NCBI GenBank assembly: GCA_031424775.1
Contig: JANPIB010000017.1
Coordinates: forward strand, 3,342-67,341
Direction of reading: 5' to 3'
Length of the DNA: 64,000 bases
Source of the DNA: Chitinophagales bacterium
GTDB lineage: Bacteria > Bacteroidota > Bacteroidia > Chitinophagales > Chitinophagaceae
Under the pieces are notes generated by a model. The model did not search any database. It was given only the letters and a program-made list of their open reading frames with translations, and had not been told where the DNA came from. Positions 10,920 through 20,194 of this stretch are shown here, piece by piece. Every line of letters starts with the position of its first letter. Within the stretch, counting starts at the first letter, position 1. A program made the position numbers and the translations under genes.

Positions 10920-11395
10920 TCCCCATCCAAACTACATACCTCAAACCAAGAACCTGGACCAAGTATTTGTTTCTGCTAACTCCGGCAATAATGATCACTC
11001 TTTATTATGTTGAGGGTAGCAAAGACGATGCTTTCTTATACATAGGACTAGGATCTCTTGTAATTTTTCTGATAGCAGCCTGGCTCTTATCCAAAGTATA
11101 TGTGATGATTGATAATGACGGTATCTCCTACAAAACTGCCATCAGTATCAAAACAATGGAGTGGAAGGATGTTTCACGTTCTTACTTCAGGATAAGGCAT
11201 ACAGGCAAAAGCAGTAAACGACTTTGGTATTTCGAGAATACTACAGGTAAAAGCCTGAATTTCTCCACCGGCATGTATTCAAAAGCATCACTACAAGCAA
11301 TAGCAGAAGCACTAGTTTCTAAATGTCAGAATGCAGAGATCGAACAAAAGATCAGGGATAGCGCTGAAGGCAAATTTCCCTGGTACATATTTTAA
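10916..11395 (+). CDS. Small membrane-anchored protein of unknown function
   Basis: 159 aa with two N-terminal TM helices and a soluble tail. Its ATG overlaps the aspS stop (ATGA). Confidence 0.55.
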   Translation: MIPIQTTYLKPRTWTKYLFLLTPAIMITLYYVEGSKDDAFLYIGLGSLVIFLIAAWLLSKVYVMIDNDGISYKTAISIKTMEWKDVSRSYFRIRHTGKSSKRLWYFENTTGKSLNFSTGMYSKASLQAIAEALVSKCQNAEIEQKIRDSAEGKFPWYIF

Positions 11396-11400
11396 TTCTT

Positions 11401-11922
11401 ATGAAACAACATCGCTTTTACAGGATTATAAACTTCATCGTACTTCCTCTATCGGCTTATATCGGAATAAATGTAGTGATGTCCATCTTTGCCTCACTTA
11501 CAAATCCAATGTTATTGTTGTTTGAATTTGTGATGGCTTGCATTCCGATGTATGCATTTACAGCAAACTACTTTTACAATAGGAGCATCAAACTACAGCA
11601 ACCTAGCAAACGTTCATTAAAAGACTTTATCAAGGTCAATGCTTACGTTTCGATTATCTTTTCAGCCCTCATGTTTTTTGCTTCTCTAATGGTATTCGCC
11701 ATTTTAAGCAATCCTGACATGCTTAAACAAATGATGGATCAGTTGGAACAAACAGCTCCAACTCAAATACCCAAAGGGCAGCTACTTAAGTTCCTGAAAA
11801 TTTTCGTTTATATCTTTTTACCCTTCAGCATATTGCTTGTGGTGCATATTGTCATAACGCTTCGATTACTAAAACGTTATGCTCACTTCTTCACAGATCA
11901 GAAAAGCAACAGTTCAGAGTAG
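11401..11922 (+). CDS. Small 4-TM membrane protein of unknown function
   Basis: 173 aa with four hydrophobic segments, 5 nt after the preceding ORF. Confidence 0.5.
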   Translation: MKQHRFYRIINFIVLPLSAYIGINVVMSIFASLTNPMLLLFEFVMACIPMYAFTANYFYNRSIKLQQPSKRSLKDFIKVNAYVSIIFSALMFFASLMVFAILSNPDMLKQMMDQLEQTAPTQIPKGQLLKFLKIFVYIFLPFSILLVVHIVITLRLLKRYAHFFTDQKSNSSE

Positions 11923-11947
11923 TAGTAAATCAGTTTAACTTGCCGGT

Positions 11948-13231
11948 ATGGCAACACCACTTGCAGAGAGAATGCGACCGAATAGTTTGGATGAGTTGGT
12001 TGGTCAAGAACACCTTACCGGCAAAGGCAGCATTTTACGTACAGCAATTGAGAATGGCAGCATTCCTTCAATGATCTTGTGGGGACCACCCGGAACAGGA
12101 AAAACAACGATCGCTAACATTATTGCACACACATTGAATGTTCCTTATTTTCAACTTAGTGCCATCAGCAGTGGAGTAAAAGACGTTAGAGAAGTGATCG
12201 AACAAGCAAAACAACAAAGCAGTGCCATTTTATTTATAGATGAAATTCATCGTTTCAATAAAGGTCAGCAAGATGCTTTACTTGGTGCTGTAGAAAAAGG
12301 AACTATCACTTTGATCGGGGCTACAACTGAGAATCCATCCTTCGAAGTAAACTCGGCTTTACTTAGCCGAAGCCAGGTGTATGTGTTGAAAGCTTTAGAC
12401 GAAACATCACTCATCAAGTTAATCCAACAGGCAATCGAAAATGATGAAATACTAAAGCAATATCATATCAATCTAAAAGAAACAACAGCACTCATTAACA
12501 TCAGTGGTGGAGATGCAAGAAAGCTTTTGAATTTACTGGAACTTGTTGCTACATCATCGACTAAAGCCCTCTCCTTTGGAGAGGGTTTGGGTGAGGTCAT
12601 TATTACAGACACTTTGGTGATGCATGTTGCCCAAAAACGTATTGCACTTTACGACAAACAAGGAGAGCAGCATTACGATATCATCTCTGCCTTCATCAAA
12701 AGCATGAGAGGCAGCGATCCGAACGGTGCCGTTTATTGGCTGGCAAGAATGATTGAAGGTGGTGAAGACGTAAAGTTCATTGCTCGTCGTATGTTGATCT
12801 TTGCCAGTGAAGATGTTGGTAATGCAAATCCGAATGCATTACTACTTGCCAATGCTACTTTCGATGCTGTGAACAAGATCGGCTATCCTGAGTCTAGAAT
12901 TATTCTTTCGCAATGTGCTACTTACCTGGCTTCATCTCAAAAAAGTAATGCAAGCTACATGGCAATTGGGGATGCGATTGCTGCGGTACACAAACATGGA
13001 GATCTGCCAGTGCCTTTACACATTCGTAATGCCCCAACTAAATTGATGAAGGATCTCAACTATGGTAAAGACTACAAATATTCTCACCAGGGTGAAGGCA
13101 ATTTTCTAGAGCAGGAATATCTGCCAGAAAAAATAAAAGCCACTAAGTTCTACGATCCGGGAAATAATGCAAGAGAGAATGAGTTACGCAAATTTTTAAA
13201 AGATCGTTGGAAAGACAAGTATGGATATTAG
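11948..13231 (+). CDS. rarA: Replication-associated recombination protein A (AAA+ ATPase)
   Basis: Walker A [9 protein letters not shown], Walker B [10 protein letters not shown], and a MgsA C-terminal domain ([23 protein letters not shown]-type). Confidence 0.95.
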   Translation: [427 protein letters not shown]

Positions 13232-13311
13232 GTAGCCAGCACCTTCGCTCGGGTTGATCTTTTCTTCCCGTACCTACGGGACTCTTCAACTGAAACAATT
13301 CTACTGAACAG

Positions 13312-14352
13312 TTACTTACTAACAACCTTATACATTACCAGGTAAGTAGGAAAGTGATCACTATAACCACCACGGTAAGTATTTCCATCCCAGGTTCTCA
13401 TTGGATAACCTTTGTAGCGACCAGCGTTCTCCATCATAAACTCTCTGTTAAAAATGAACTGCTTGCTAAAGTACCAGCCAGTCTGCTCTTTCTTCAACCA
13501 TGGATAAGAAATAATGATCTGATCAAAGAGGTTCCAGTTATCCTGATATGCAAGCGTTCCAATTCCATTTTTATATAGCTCCATCCAAGGGTTAAACAAA
13601 CCACCCTCTCTCACATCTCTTGTTTTACCTTTTGCACCCAGCACTTCTGCAACACTCGGACTTACAGGGTCATCATTCAGATCACCCATGATCACTACTT
13701 TCTGGTAACCACTTGCTTTAGCAATTGAATCCACATGATGTTTTGCCACCGATGCAGCAGCTTCTCTCGCAGGAGCACTTCTTTCTTCACCTCCTCTTCT
13801 TGAAGGCCAGTGATTCACATATAAATGAATGGTTTCACCATCAAGCTGCCCCTTCACCCAAAGAATATCTCTTGTGAAATAAGCATCTTTGGCACCGCCA
13901 GGCAATTGAACAAATAACTTATCAGAAGCCTCAACCTTGAAGTATTTAGGATTGTAAAGCAATCCCACGTCCACACCTCTTGCATCTTTAGAATCGTAAT
14001 GAACGTATTTATAACCTCTCTTTATCAATAAAGGATGGTTAACAAGATCGTTCAATACAGTATCATTCTCAATCTCAGACACCCCAAGTATGGCAAGACC
14101 ATCAGGACTCACATCAGTTCCCATTTGAGATATAACAGTAGCAAGTTTCCCTATCTTATCCCAATAAACTGAACTGTTGTAATTTTTTACACCTAATGGC
14201 AGAAACTCCTCATCATCTACAATTGGATTATTGATCGTATCATAAAAGTTCTCTAGGTTATAAAAACCAATAATAGAAACTCGAACACTCTTCTGGCTAA
14301 AACTTAAAAACGGAGCAAAAAACAATACTGCAAGCAAAATCTTTTTCATCAA
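13312..14352 (-). CDS. Secreted endonuclease/exonuclease/phosphatase (EEP) family protein
   Basis: Signal peptide, then EEP-like blocks (NLENF, GDLNDDP, SDHFP at the C-terminus). Confidence 0.85.
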   Translation of the reverse strand: MMKKILLAVLFFAPFLSFSQKSVRVSIIGFYNLENFYDTINNPIVDDEEFLPLGVKNYNSSVYWDKIGKLATVISQMGTDVSPDGLAILGVSEIENDTVLNDLVNHPLLIKRGYKYVHYDSKDARGVDVGLLYNPKYFKVEASDKLFVQLPGGAKDAYFTRDILWVKGQLDGETIHLYVNHWPSRRGGEERSAPAREAAASVAKHHVDSIAKASGYQKVVIMGDLNDDPVSPSVAEVLGAKGKTRDVREGGLFNPWMELYKNGIGTLAYQDNWNLFDQIIISYPWLKKEQTGWYFSKQFIFNREFMMENAGRYKGYPMRTWDGNTYRGGYSDHFPTYLVMYKVVSK

Positions 14353-14661
14353 AAATATTTCTTCTGCAAACTTACGTTCGGTGCATTGTACTTCAACTGA
14401 TTATTCGGTTAAATTACCGTTAGAAGCTGTGTTCTTGCACCAGTGTTTTTAAATAGTTTCATTTTGATATTACCGTCTACCAGCTTGATTTACAGCGATA
14501 ATACTTGCTAAAAAATAAATTTCCTCACCCAATTAATTTATTATCTTCGGTATGTCCAATGTTACAGTTCTTCCATTTCTCATAAGCGTTCCTCGTAAAT
14601 GGGTTTTTTGGCTGGTCTGTTTTTGTCATTGGTTATTATTCATTTTAAAGTTTTTAAAGAC

Positions 14662-15030
14662 ATGAACATTTACGTTGGAAACCTGAACTGGGGTATGACA
14701 AGTGATGACCTTTACAACATGTTTGCTCCTTATGGTGAGGTTGCATCTGCAAAGATCGTTACTGACAAATTCAACAACAACCGTAGCAAAGGCTTTGGTT
14801 TTGTTGAAATGAGTGATGACGAAGCTGCAAGAGCTGCTATCGCTGCATTGAACGACACAGACATTATGGGTCGTAAGCTCGTTGTTAATGAATCTGCACC
14901 TCGTGCTGAAGGAGAAGGTGGTGGTGGAGGTGGATTCAAAAAGAAAAGCTTCGGCGGTGGTGGAGGTGGTGGTGGCTACAACCGTAACCGTGGTGAAGGT
15001 GGTGGCGGTGGTGGATATAACCGTTATTAA
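14662..15030 (+). CDS. RRM-type RNA-binding protein with a glycine-rich tail
   Basis: MNIYVGNLNWGMTSDDL (RNP2), KGFGFVEM (RNP1) and a C-terminal GGGGGG/YNRNRGEGGGGGGYNRY tail. The start is moved from 14599 to the ATG at 14662, the typical N-terminus. Confidence 0.9.
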   Translation: MNIYVGNLNWGMTSDDLYNMFAPYGEVASAKIVTDKFNNNRSKGFGFVEMSDDEAARAAIAALNDTDIMGRKLVVNESAPRAEGEGGGGGGFKKKSFGGGGGGGGYNRNRGEGGGGGGYNRY

Positions 15031-15057
15031 TTTTCTTCCTCAACAGTTAAGAAATGG

Positions 15058-15087
15058 AAGTCTCGCAGTGTTTTGCGGGACTTTTTT
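15058..15087 (+). terminator. Rho-independent terminator after the RRM gene
   Basis: AAGTCTCGCA (15058-15067) pairs with TGCGGGACTT (15074-15083) with one G-U pair. A T6 run follows. Confidence 0.7.
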
Positions 15088-15098
15088 ATTTTTAAAGT

Positions 15099-15974
15099 AT
15101 GAGTAACTTATCAATACCTGTAGCTGGCTGTATGAGATGGGGTAAATGGGGAGCCAATTTTATTTTGGAAGATTTCCAAAGACTAATAAATGAATGCCTG
15201 GAAAATGGAATTACATCGTTTGATCATGCTGATATTTATGGAGATTACAGCACCGAAGCTGAATTTGGTGAAGTACTCAAACACAGGTCATCCCTCAGAA
15301 GCCAGATACAACTGATCACGAAATGTGGTATTCAATTAACCAGCAATCCAAGGGAAGACTACCTTATCAAGTCTTATAATACTTCGAGAGATCACATAAT
15401 AGCTTCAGTTGAATATTCGCTCAGATCTTTGGGAACTGATTATATTGATGTGCTGCTGATCCATCGTCCGGACCCTTTAATGAATCCAATTGAAGTTGCT
15501 GATGCAGTTAACCATCTTAAAAATCAGGGAAAAGTGCTACAATTTGGAGTTTCTAACTTTCTGCCACACCATACAGACCTACTGAGAAAATATATCCAGA
15601 TAGATTATAATCAATTGGAAATATCAATCCTGAATCATTTTCCCTTTACCAATGGGGTTTTAGATCATTGTTTACAGCACGGGATAAAGCCAATGGCTTG
15701 GGCACCTTTGGGTGGTGGAATTATGAATGATGATAGCCATCCACGCTATCGTACCATTATTGCAGCTGCCACTGAACTTGCAGCGAAATACAATACAGGA
15801 GTTAACCAGGTGTTCATTGCCTATTTATTAAAACATCCTTCAGGGATTATTCCTGTTTTAGGAACAACTAAAATTGAGCGATTGATGCAAGCTAGGGAAG
15901 CGGTGAACATAAACCTAGCCCGGGAAGATTGGTTTAAACTACACACAGCTTCCACGGGTGAAGATGTTGCATAG
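15099..15974 (+). CDS. Aldo/keto reductase family oxidoreductase
   Basis: FDHADIYGDYSTEAEFG and LLIHRPDPL are typical AKR blocks. Confidence 0.9.
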   Translation: MSNLSIPVAGCMRWGKWGANFILEDFQRLINECLENGITSFDHADIYGDYSTEAEFGEVLKHRSSLRSQIQLITKCGIQLTSNPREDYLIKSYNTSRDHIIASVEYSLRSLGTDYIDVLLIHRPDPLMNPIEVADAVNHLKNQGKVLQFGVSNFLPHHTDLLRKYIQIDYNQLEISILNHFPFTNGVLDHCLQHGIKPMAWAPLGGGIMNDDSHPRYRTIIAAATELAAKYNTGVNQVFIAYLLKHPSGIIPVLGTTKIERLMQAREAVNINLAREDWFKLHTASTGEDVA

Positions 15975-15983
15975 CATTCATCC

Positions 15984-16016
15984 TGTATAAGTGAGTGACA
16001 CAACGAAGTTCAATAG
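15984..16016 (+). repeat. Intergenic motif family, copy 3
   Basis: TGTATAAGTGAGTGACACAACGAAGTTCAATAG, lying between convergent genes. Confidence 0.5.
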
Positions 16017-16038
16017 AATATCTAAAGCTGGATAAGAA

Positions 16039-16827
16039 CTATCTCCAACTAACAAGGGAAGTAAGTGGGTGACGCAATCCACGATACTGCATCATATCTA
16101 CTTTAATACTTCCAACACTGATCGGACTTTCTATACGTAATGGAATATGATTGGCATCGTCTGATACCCAAACTGTCATCTTCTCGCCACCTTCGAAGAT
16201 GGTACCTTTTACCAGCAAAGGTTTGAATTTGATTGCCTTAAACTTACCGTACTTGGTCTTCACTGTTTCTTTACCCATGTAACGAACGTATAAGTGGTAC
16301 ACTTCATTATCCAGGAACATGTCGAACGGAATTTTATCATTCTCCTTGTACTTGTTAAAGTCAATATTTCTTGCATAGTAAACAGAGCTGAGTACATCCT
16401 GAATGCAGTTCGGCACCTTATAAACTCCTTCAGTTGTGATGGCTGTATTGCTTTGCTGATTGAAGGTGATATTCTCGTATTTTTTATAACCACCCTCATC
16501 TACATTACGAACGAATTTTAAAGGCTGGAGATTGTTCGTATCTATATAGGACTCGTATTTATCCCGGACTTTAAATATCCAATCGTAGCTGGAATTTGAT
16601 TTCCCTTCACCTACAATATGATATACAGGTTTATTGCTTAGCCGTTCAAGTGTTGTACTAAATGTTGCAGTGCCGGCATTTACATATAAACCAACTACAC
16701 TATAAAATACAGTGAAGGTGATGTTCTCGCCATTTTGAAAGCTGGTGTTTCGCAAGCCACAAAAGTCATCTCCGGCTTTTAGAGTAACAGCACTGAATAA
16801 GAGAAAAAGAGTAATAATTTTTTTCAC
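16039..16827 (-). CDS. DUF3108-like secreted protein
   Basis: Signal peptide, with the FTVFYSV...AGTATFS and KVRDKYESYID pattern I associate with DUF3108. GTG start. Confidence 0.65.
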   Translation of the reverse strand: MKKIITLFLLFSAVTLKAGDDFCGLRNTSFQNGENITFTVFYSVVGLYVNAGTATFSTTLERLSNKPVYHIVGEGKSNSSYDWIFKVRDKYESYIDTNNLQPLKFVRNVDEGGYKKYENITFNQQSNTAITTEGVYKVPNCIQDVLSSVYYARNIDFNKYKENDKIPFDMFLDNEVYHLYVRYMGKETVKTKYGKFKAIKFKPLLVKGTIFEGGEKMTVWVSDDANHIPLRIESPISVGSIKVDMMQYRGLRHPLTSLVSWR

Positions 16828-16829
16828 GT

Positions 16830-17894
16830 TTATCGCTTAAAAAGTTTAATCCCAAGTATAAAAAGACTTCCAACTAAAGCAGGAATAATAAGGTTGATGA
16901 ACCAAAGTCCTCCTGCTGTAGCAATGATGCCTAATTTGTTAGTGCTTAGAATCCCGAATAATTCTATTGCTGCAAGCCCGCGAAGGCTTAATTCGATAGA
17001 TGATATTGTAGGAATTACTGCCAGTACTAAAAAAAAGACGCTTATCAATCCTGCAGATTCCCAAAATGAAATATCCACTTCGAAAACCTGTAGCAATAAT
17101 ATAAATTGGACTACAAATACTACGTAACGTGCAATAGAAAGTGACAAAATTCGTGTTAATTCTCTCCAATGCAAGTCCTCTAACTTTTCAATCAAATAAC
17201 TGTAACGATGTACGAATGGTAAACGTTCCAAAAGTTTTGTTAACCATGATAGTTCAAAATATACGATCAAAAGAACCACTACTATAAACAGAACACCATA
17301 AAAAATAATGTCGTAAGCAATGATTGTTGTTTTTGGAAGTGTTTCCAGAAACTCGATCTTACTTAAAATATGAGCAATCGATTCTTTAATATCGTCCTTC
17401 ATCGTAAACATCCCAATCAGCCCTGCCAACAGGGTAATTATGGTTTGACTGAGACTTCCAACCATAGTTAAGGCAATACCTTTCAGCCGATGACCTTCAT
17501 CCAGGTAAACTACTCTTCCTACATATTCACCAACCCGATTTGGCGTGTTTACTGCTAAGGATTGACCTGTAAAAACAGCTTTAAAAGCTTTTACCAAAGA
17601 AATTTTTTCGATAGATCGAACCAACACCTGCCACTTTCTTGCTTCAATACCCCAGTTCACAAACATCAACAGAATAACGAGGAACAACTTTAACTGGTTT
17701 GGACCTGTTACCGATGCCTTGATCATTTCCCAGGATTGATTCAGATCTTTCTGCTGTTGAATTTCCCTGTAAAGAGAATATGAAACCCAGATAAAAAGGA
17801 TTGGACCGAGAAAGTAATTCAGAAATATCTTAAGTCGTTTATTCAGAACACGTATTTGCGGCAAAAATAAGCTAAGAACTGTCTTTATACACAT
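16830..17894 (-). CDS. UPF0104 / lysylphosphatidylglycerol-synthase-TM-region-like membrane protein
   Basis: Polytopic membrane protein with an architecture like flippase-type UPF0104 proteins. The start is uncertain: the track start at 17918 overlaps ruvC, so the internal ATG at 17894 is used. Confidence 0.65.
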   Translation of the reverse strand: MCIKTVLSLFLPQIRVLNKRLKIFLNYFLGPILFIWVSYSLYREIQQQKDLNQSWEMIKASVTGPNQLKLFLVILLMFVNWGIEARKWQVLVRSIEKISLVKAFKAVFTGQSLAVNTPNRVGEYVGRVVYLDEGHRLKGIALTMVGSLSQTIITLLAGLIGMFTMKDDIKESIAHILSKIEFLETLPKTTIIAYDIIFYGVLFIVVVLLIVYFELSWLTKLLERLPFVHRYSYLIEKLEDLHWRELTRILSLSIARYVVFVVQFILLLQVFEVDISFWESAGLISVFFLVLAVIPTISSIELSLRGLAAIELFGILSTNKLGIIATAGGLWFINLIIPALVGSLFILGIKLFKR

Positions 17895-17932
17895 GCCAGA
17901 GATAGTGTTTGCAAACATCTTACTTTCACACT

Positions 17933-18496
17933 ATGCAGGAAGGTGAAGTGATATTAGGAATTGACCCCGGCACAACCATCATGGGTTACGCTGTGATAAA
18001 GGTGAACAAAGGAATACCGGTTTTGCAAACAATGGATGTGCTGAAACTCTCCTCCACCAAAAACATCTACTCGAGGCTAGAACAAATACATACCAAAGTT
18101 TCCTCAGTTATAGCCGAATACAAACCAACTTGTTTTGCCATTGAGGCTCCTTTTTTCGGAAAGAATGTACAAAGTATGTTGAAGCTGGGAAGAGCCCAAG
18201 GCGTGGCTATTGCTGCAGCAATGCAAGCTCAGTTGCAGGTTACAGAGTACTCACCCAAAAAGGTGAAGCAATCCATTACCGGAAATGGAAATGCGGATAA
18301 GGAACAGATATGGAAGATGCTTGAAACCATTCTCCAGATCCAGGATCAACCAAAATACTTTGATGCAACCGATGCTTTAGCTGTGGCTTTGTGTCATTAT
18401 TACCAAATATCTTCTCCAGTTGCACAGCTGAATAAAGGCTTTAAAGGGTGGGGAGATTTTATTACCAAGAACCCAGGTAAGGTGATGGTAAAATAA
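17933..18496 (+). CDS. ruvC: Crossover junction endodeoxyribonuclease RuvC
   Basis: ILGIDPGTTIMGYAVI (catalytic Asp), FAIEAPFFGKNVQS and the C-terminal DATDALAVALCH motif. The start is moved to the ATG at 17933. Confidence 0.93.
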   Translation: MQEGEVILGIDPGTTIMGYAVIKVNKGIPVLQTMDVLKLSSTKNIYSRLEQIHTKVSSVIAEYKPTCFAIEAPFFGKNVQSMLKLGRAQGVAIAAAMQAQLQVTEYSPKKVKQSITGNGNADKEQIWKMLETILQIQDQPKYFDATDALAVALCHYYQISSPVAQLNKGFKGWGDFITKNPGKVMVK

Positions 18497-18516
18497 AAGC
18501 CACTTTTCAGTGGCTT
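18497..18516. terminator. Bidirectional hairpin between convergent ruvC and gltX
   Basis: AAGCCACT-tttc-AGTGGCTT, a perfect 8-bp stem immediately after the ruvC stop. Confidence 0.65.
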
Positions 18517-18520
18517 CATC

Positions 18521-20044
18521 TTATAGAAGGTTTAGTGCTTTATTTATTCGTTGTTCAGTTTCAGGTTTACCGATCAATTCTGCAATATCAAAAACTCCCG
18601 GACCGAACTTACCTCCTACTAACATGATTCTTAGTGGTAACATCAACTCACCCACTTTAAAATTCTTTGTAGCAGCCAGTTCTTTAAAGGAAGCCTCTAA
18701 TGCCACAGCTTTCGATTCAACAGGAGCTAAACCAGCTATCCATTCTTTAAAGAAATCCGTTTTTTCATCATTCCATTTTCCTTTGATAGAATCTACATCA
18801 ACACTTTCAGGAGCAACAAAGAAGAATTTCGCTTGGTCATAAAAATCTGTCAGCAGCGTACACCTGTCTTTTACCAACTCTAATACTTTTTCAAATGTTT
18901 CGTTATTCTGAATCACTAGTCCACGACTTGCAAAATCTTCGCTAACGAGAAACGCGAAACGAGAAACTGTTGTTTTCTTTATCCATTCGCCATTAAACCA
19001 CTTCGCTTTTTCATAATCGAACTTTGCTCCTGATTTATGTACTCTTTCCAAAGAAAATTTCGCTATTAATTCTTCAATTGTAAATATCTCCTGCTCAGTT
19101 CCATCATTCCAACCCAGCATTGCCAGCATGTTCACGAAAGCTTCTGGCAGAAACCCTCTTTCCCTGAAACCTGTTGCTTTTTCTTGTGTTTTAGGATCAG
19201 TCCAATCCATTGCAAAAACAGGGAAACCTAAACGATCACCATCTCTTTTACTCAGCTTGCCATTACCATCAGGTTTTAAGATCAATGGCAAATGTGCCCA
19301 TTGCGGCATGTTCTCCAATCCAAACAAATACTTCCATAACAAAATGTGAACTGGAGCACTTGGCAACCACTCCTCACCACGAAAAGCATGAGAAATCTGC
19401 ATTAGGTGATCATCTACCACCACAGCAAGATGATATGTTGGCATTCCATCAGCTTTCAGCAAAACTTTATCATCCACCAAAGCAGAATGAAACACCACTT
19501 CACCCCTGATCATATCAGTGAACTTGATATCCTCGTTCACCGGCATTTTTATTCTCACAACATAAGGTGTTCCGGCACTCAGTAATGTTTGAACTTCTGC
19601 ATCACCTAAGGTTAAGGAGTTCTTCATCCTTTCCCTGATCTCGTAATTGTATTGCGGAGTTGGGTTATCATGCGTTTTAAATTGCTGACGCATTGCTTCC
19701 AACTCTTCCGTGGTATCAAATGCATAGTATGCTTGTCCGGCTTTCACTAACTGCTCCGCATATTGTTGATAGATCGCTTTCCGTTCACTTTGCCTGTAAG
19801 GTGCAAACTCACCACCATGCACTGCACTTTCATCAGGTTCTACTCCACACCATTTCAAACAATCAAAAATGTATTGCTCAGCACTTGCTACATACCTGCT
19901 TTGATCGGTATCCTCAATCCTTAAAATAAAATCTCCACCATGTTTCTTCGCAAAAAGATAATTATACAAAACCGTTCTAACGCCTCCCAAATGCAATCCA
20001 CCGGTAGGTGAAGGAGCAAAACGAACCCTTACTTTTTTGTTCAT
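18521..20044 (-). CDS. gltX: Glutamate--tRNA ligase
   Basis: RFAPSPTGGLHLGG (HIGH) and KLSKR (KMSKS), 507 aa. Confidence 0.97.
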   Translation of the reverse strand: MNKKVRVRFAPSPTGGLHLGGVRTVLYNYLFAKKHGGDFILRIEDTDQSRYVASAEQYIFDCLKWCGVEPDESAVHGGEFAPYRQSERKAIYQQYAEQLVKAGQAYYAFDTTEELEAMRQQFKTHDNPTPQYNYEIRERMKNSLTLGDAEVQTLLSAGTPYVVRIKMPVNEDIKFTDMIRGEVVFHSALVDDKVLLKADGMPTYHLAVVVDDHLMQISHAFRGEEWLPSAPVHILLWKYLFGLENMPQWAHLPLILKPDGNGKLSKRDGDRLGFPVFAMDWTDPKTQEKATGFRERGFLPEAFVNMLAMLGWNDGTEQEIFTIEELIAKFSLERVHKSGAKFDYEKAKWFNGEWIKKTTVSRFAFLVSEDFASRGLVIQNNETFEKVLELVKDRCTLLTDFYDQAKFFFVAPESVDVDSIKGKWNDEKTDFFKEWIAGLAPVESKAVALEASFKELAATKNFKVGELMLPLRIMLVGGKFGPGVFDIAELIGKPETEQRINKALNLL

Positions 20045-20126
20045 GCCGCAAAGATAACGTTAGCCGCATCTGTTAAAAATTGTTATAAGATCTGATTTTC
20101 ATGAGACCAGCGATGGATTTTCATAG

Positions 20127-20142
20127 TGCCGTACGTACGGCA
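20127..20142. promoter_or_regulatory. Perfect 16-bp palindrome TGCCGTACGTACGGCA (candidate operator)
   Basis: Read directly from the sequence. It sits in the gltX / 20195-ORF divergent intergenic region. Confidence 0.4.
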
Positions 20143-20194
20143 TTGTGTCACCTTAATTCAAACCCATATCTTTAAGCAACTAATTACAGCTCCA

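Noticed and set aside
13266-13281. TCCCGTA-CC-TACGGGA palindrome as the rarA / EEP-nuclease terminator
   Set aside because: The loop would be only 2 nt (effectively 6 bp with a 4-nt loop), and no U-tract is present. The evidence is too weak to call.
14730-14939. 69-aa proline-rich minus-strand ORF
   Set aside because: It is the mirror image of the GGN-rich glycine tail and RRM of the plus-strand gene. The same explanation applies to the PPPPP-containing ORF 60987-61376, opposite the Gly-rich linker of the GHL10 lipoprotein.
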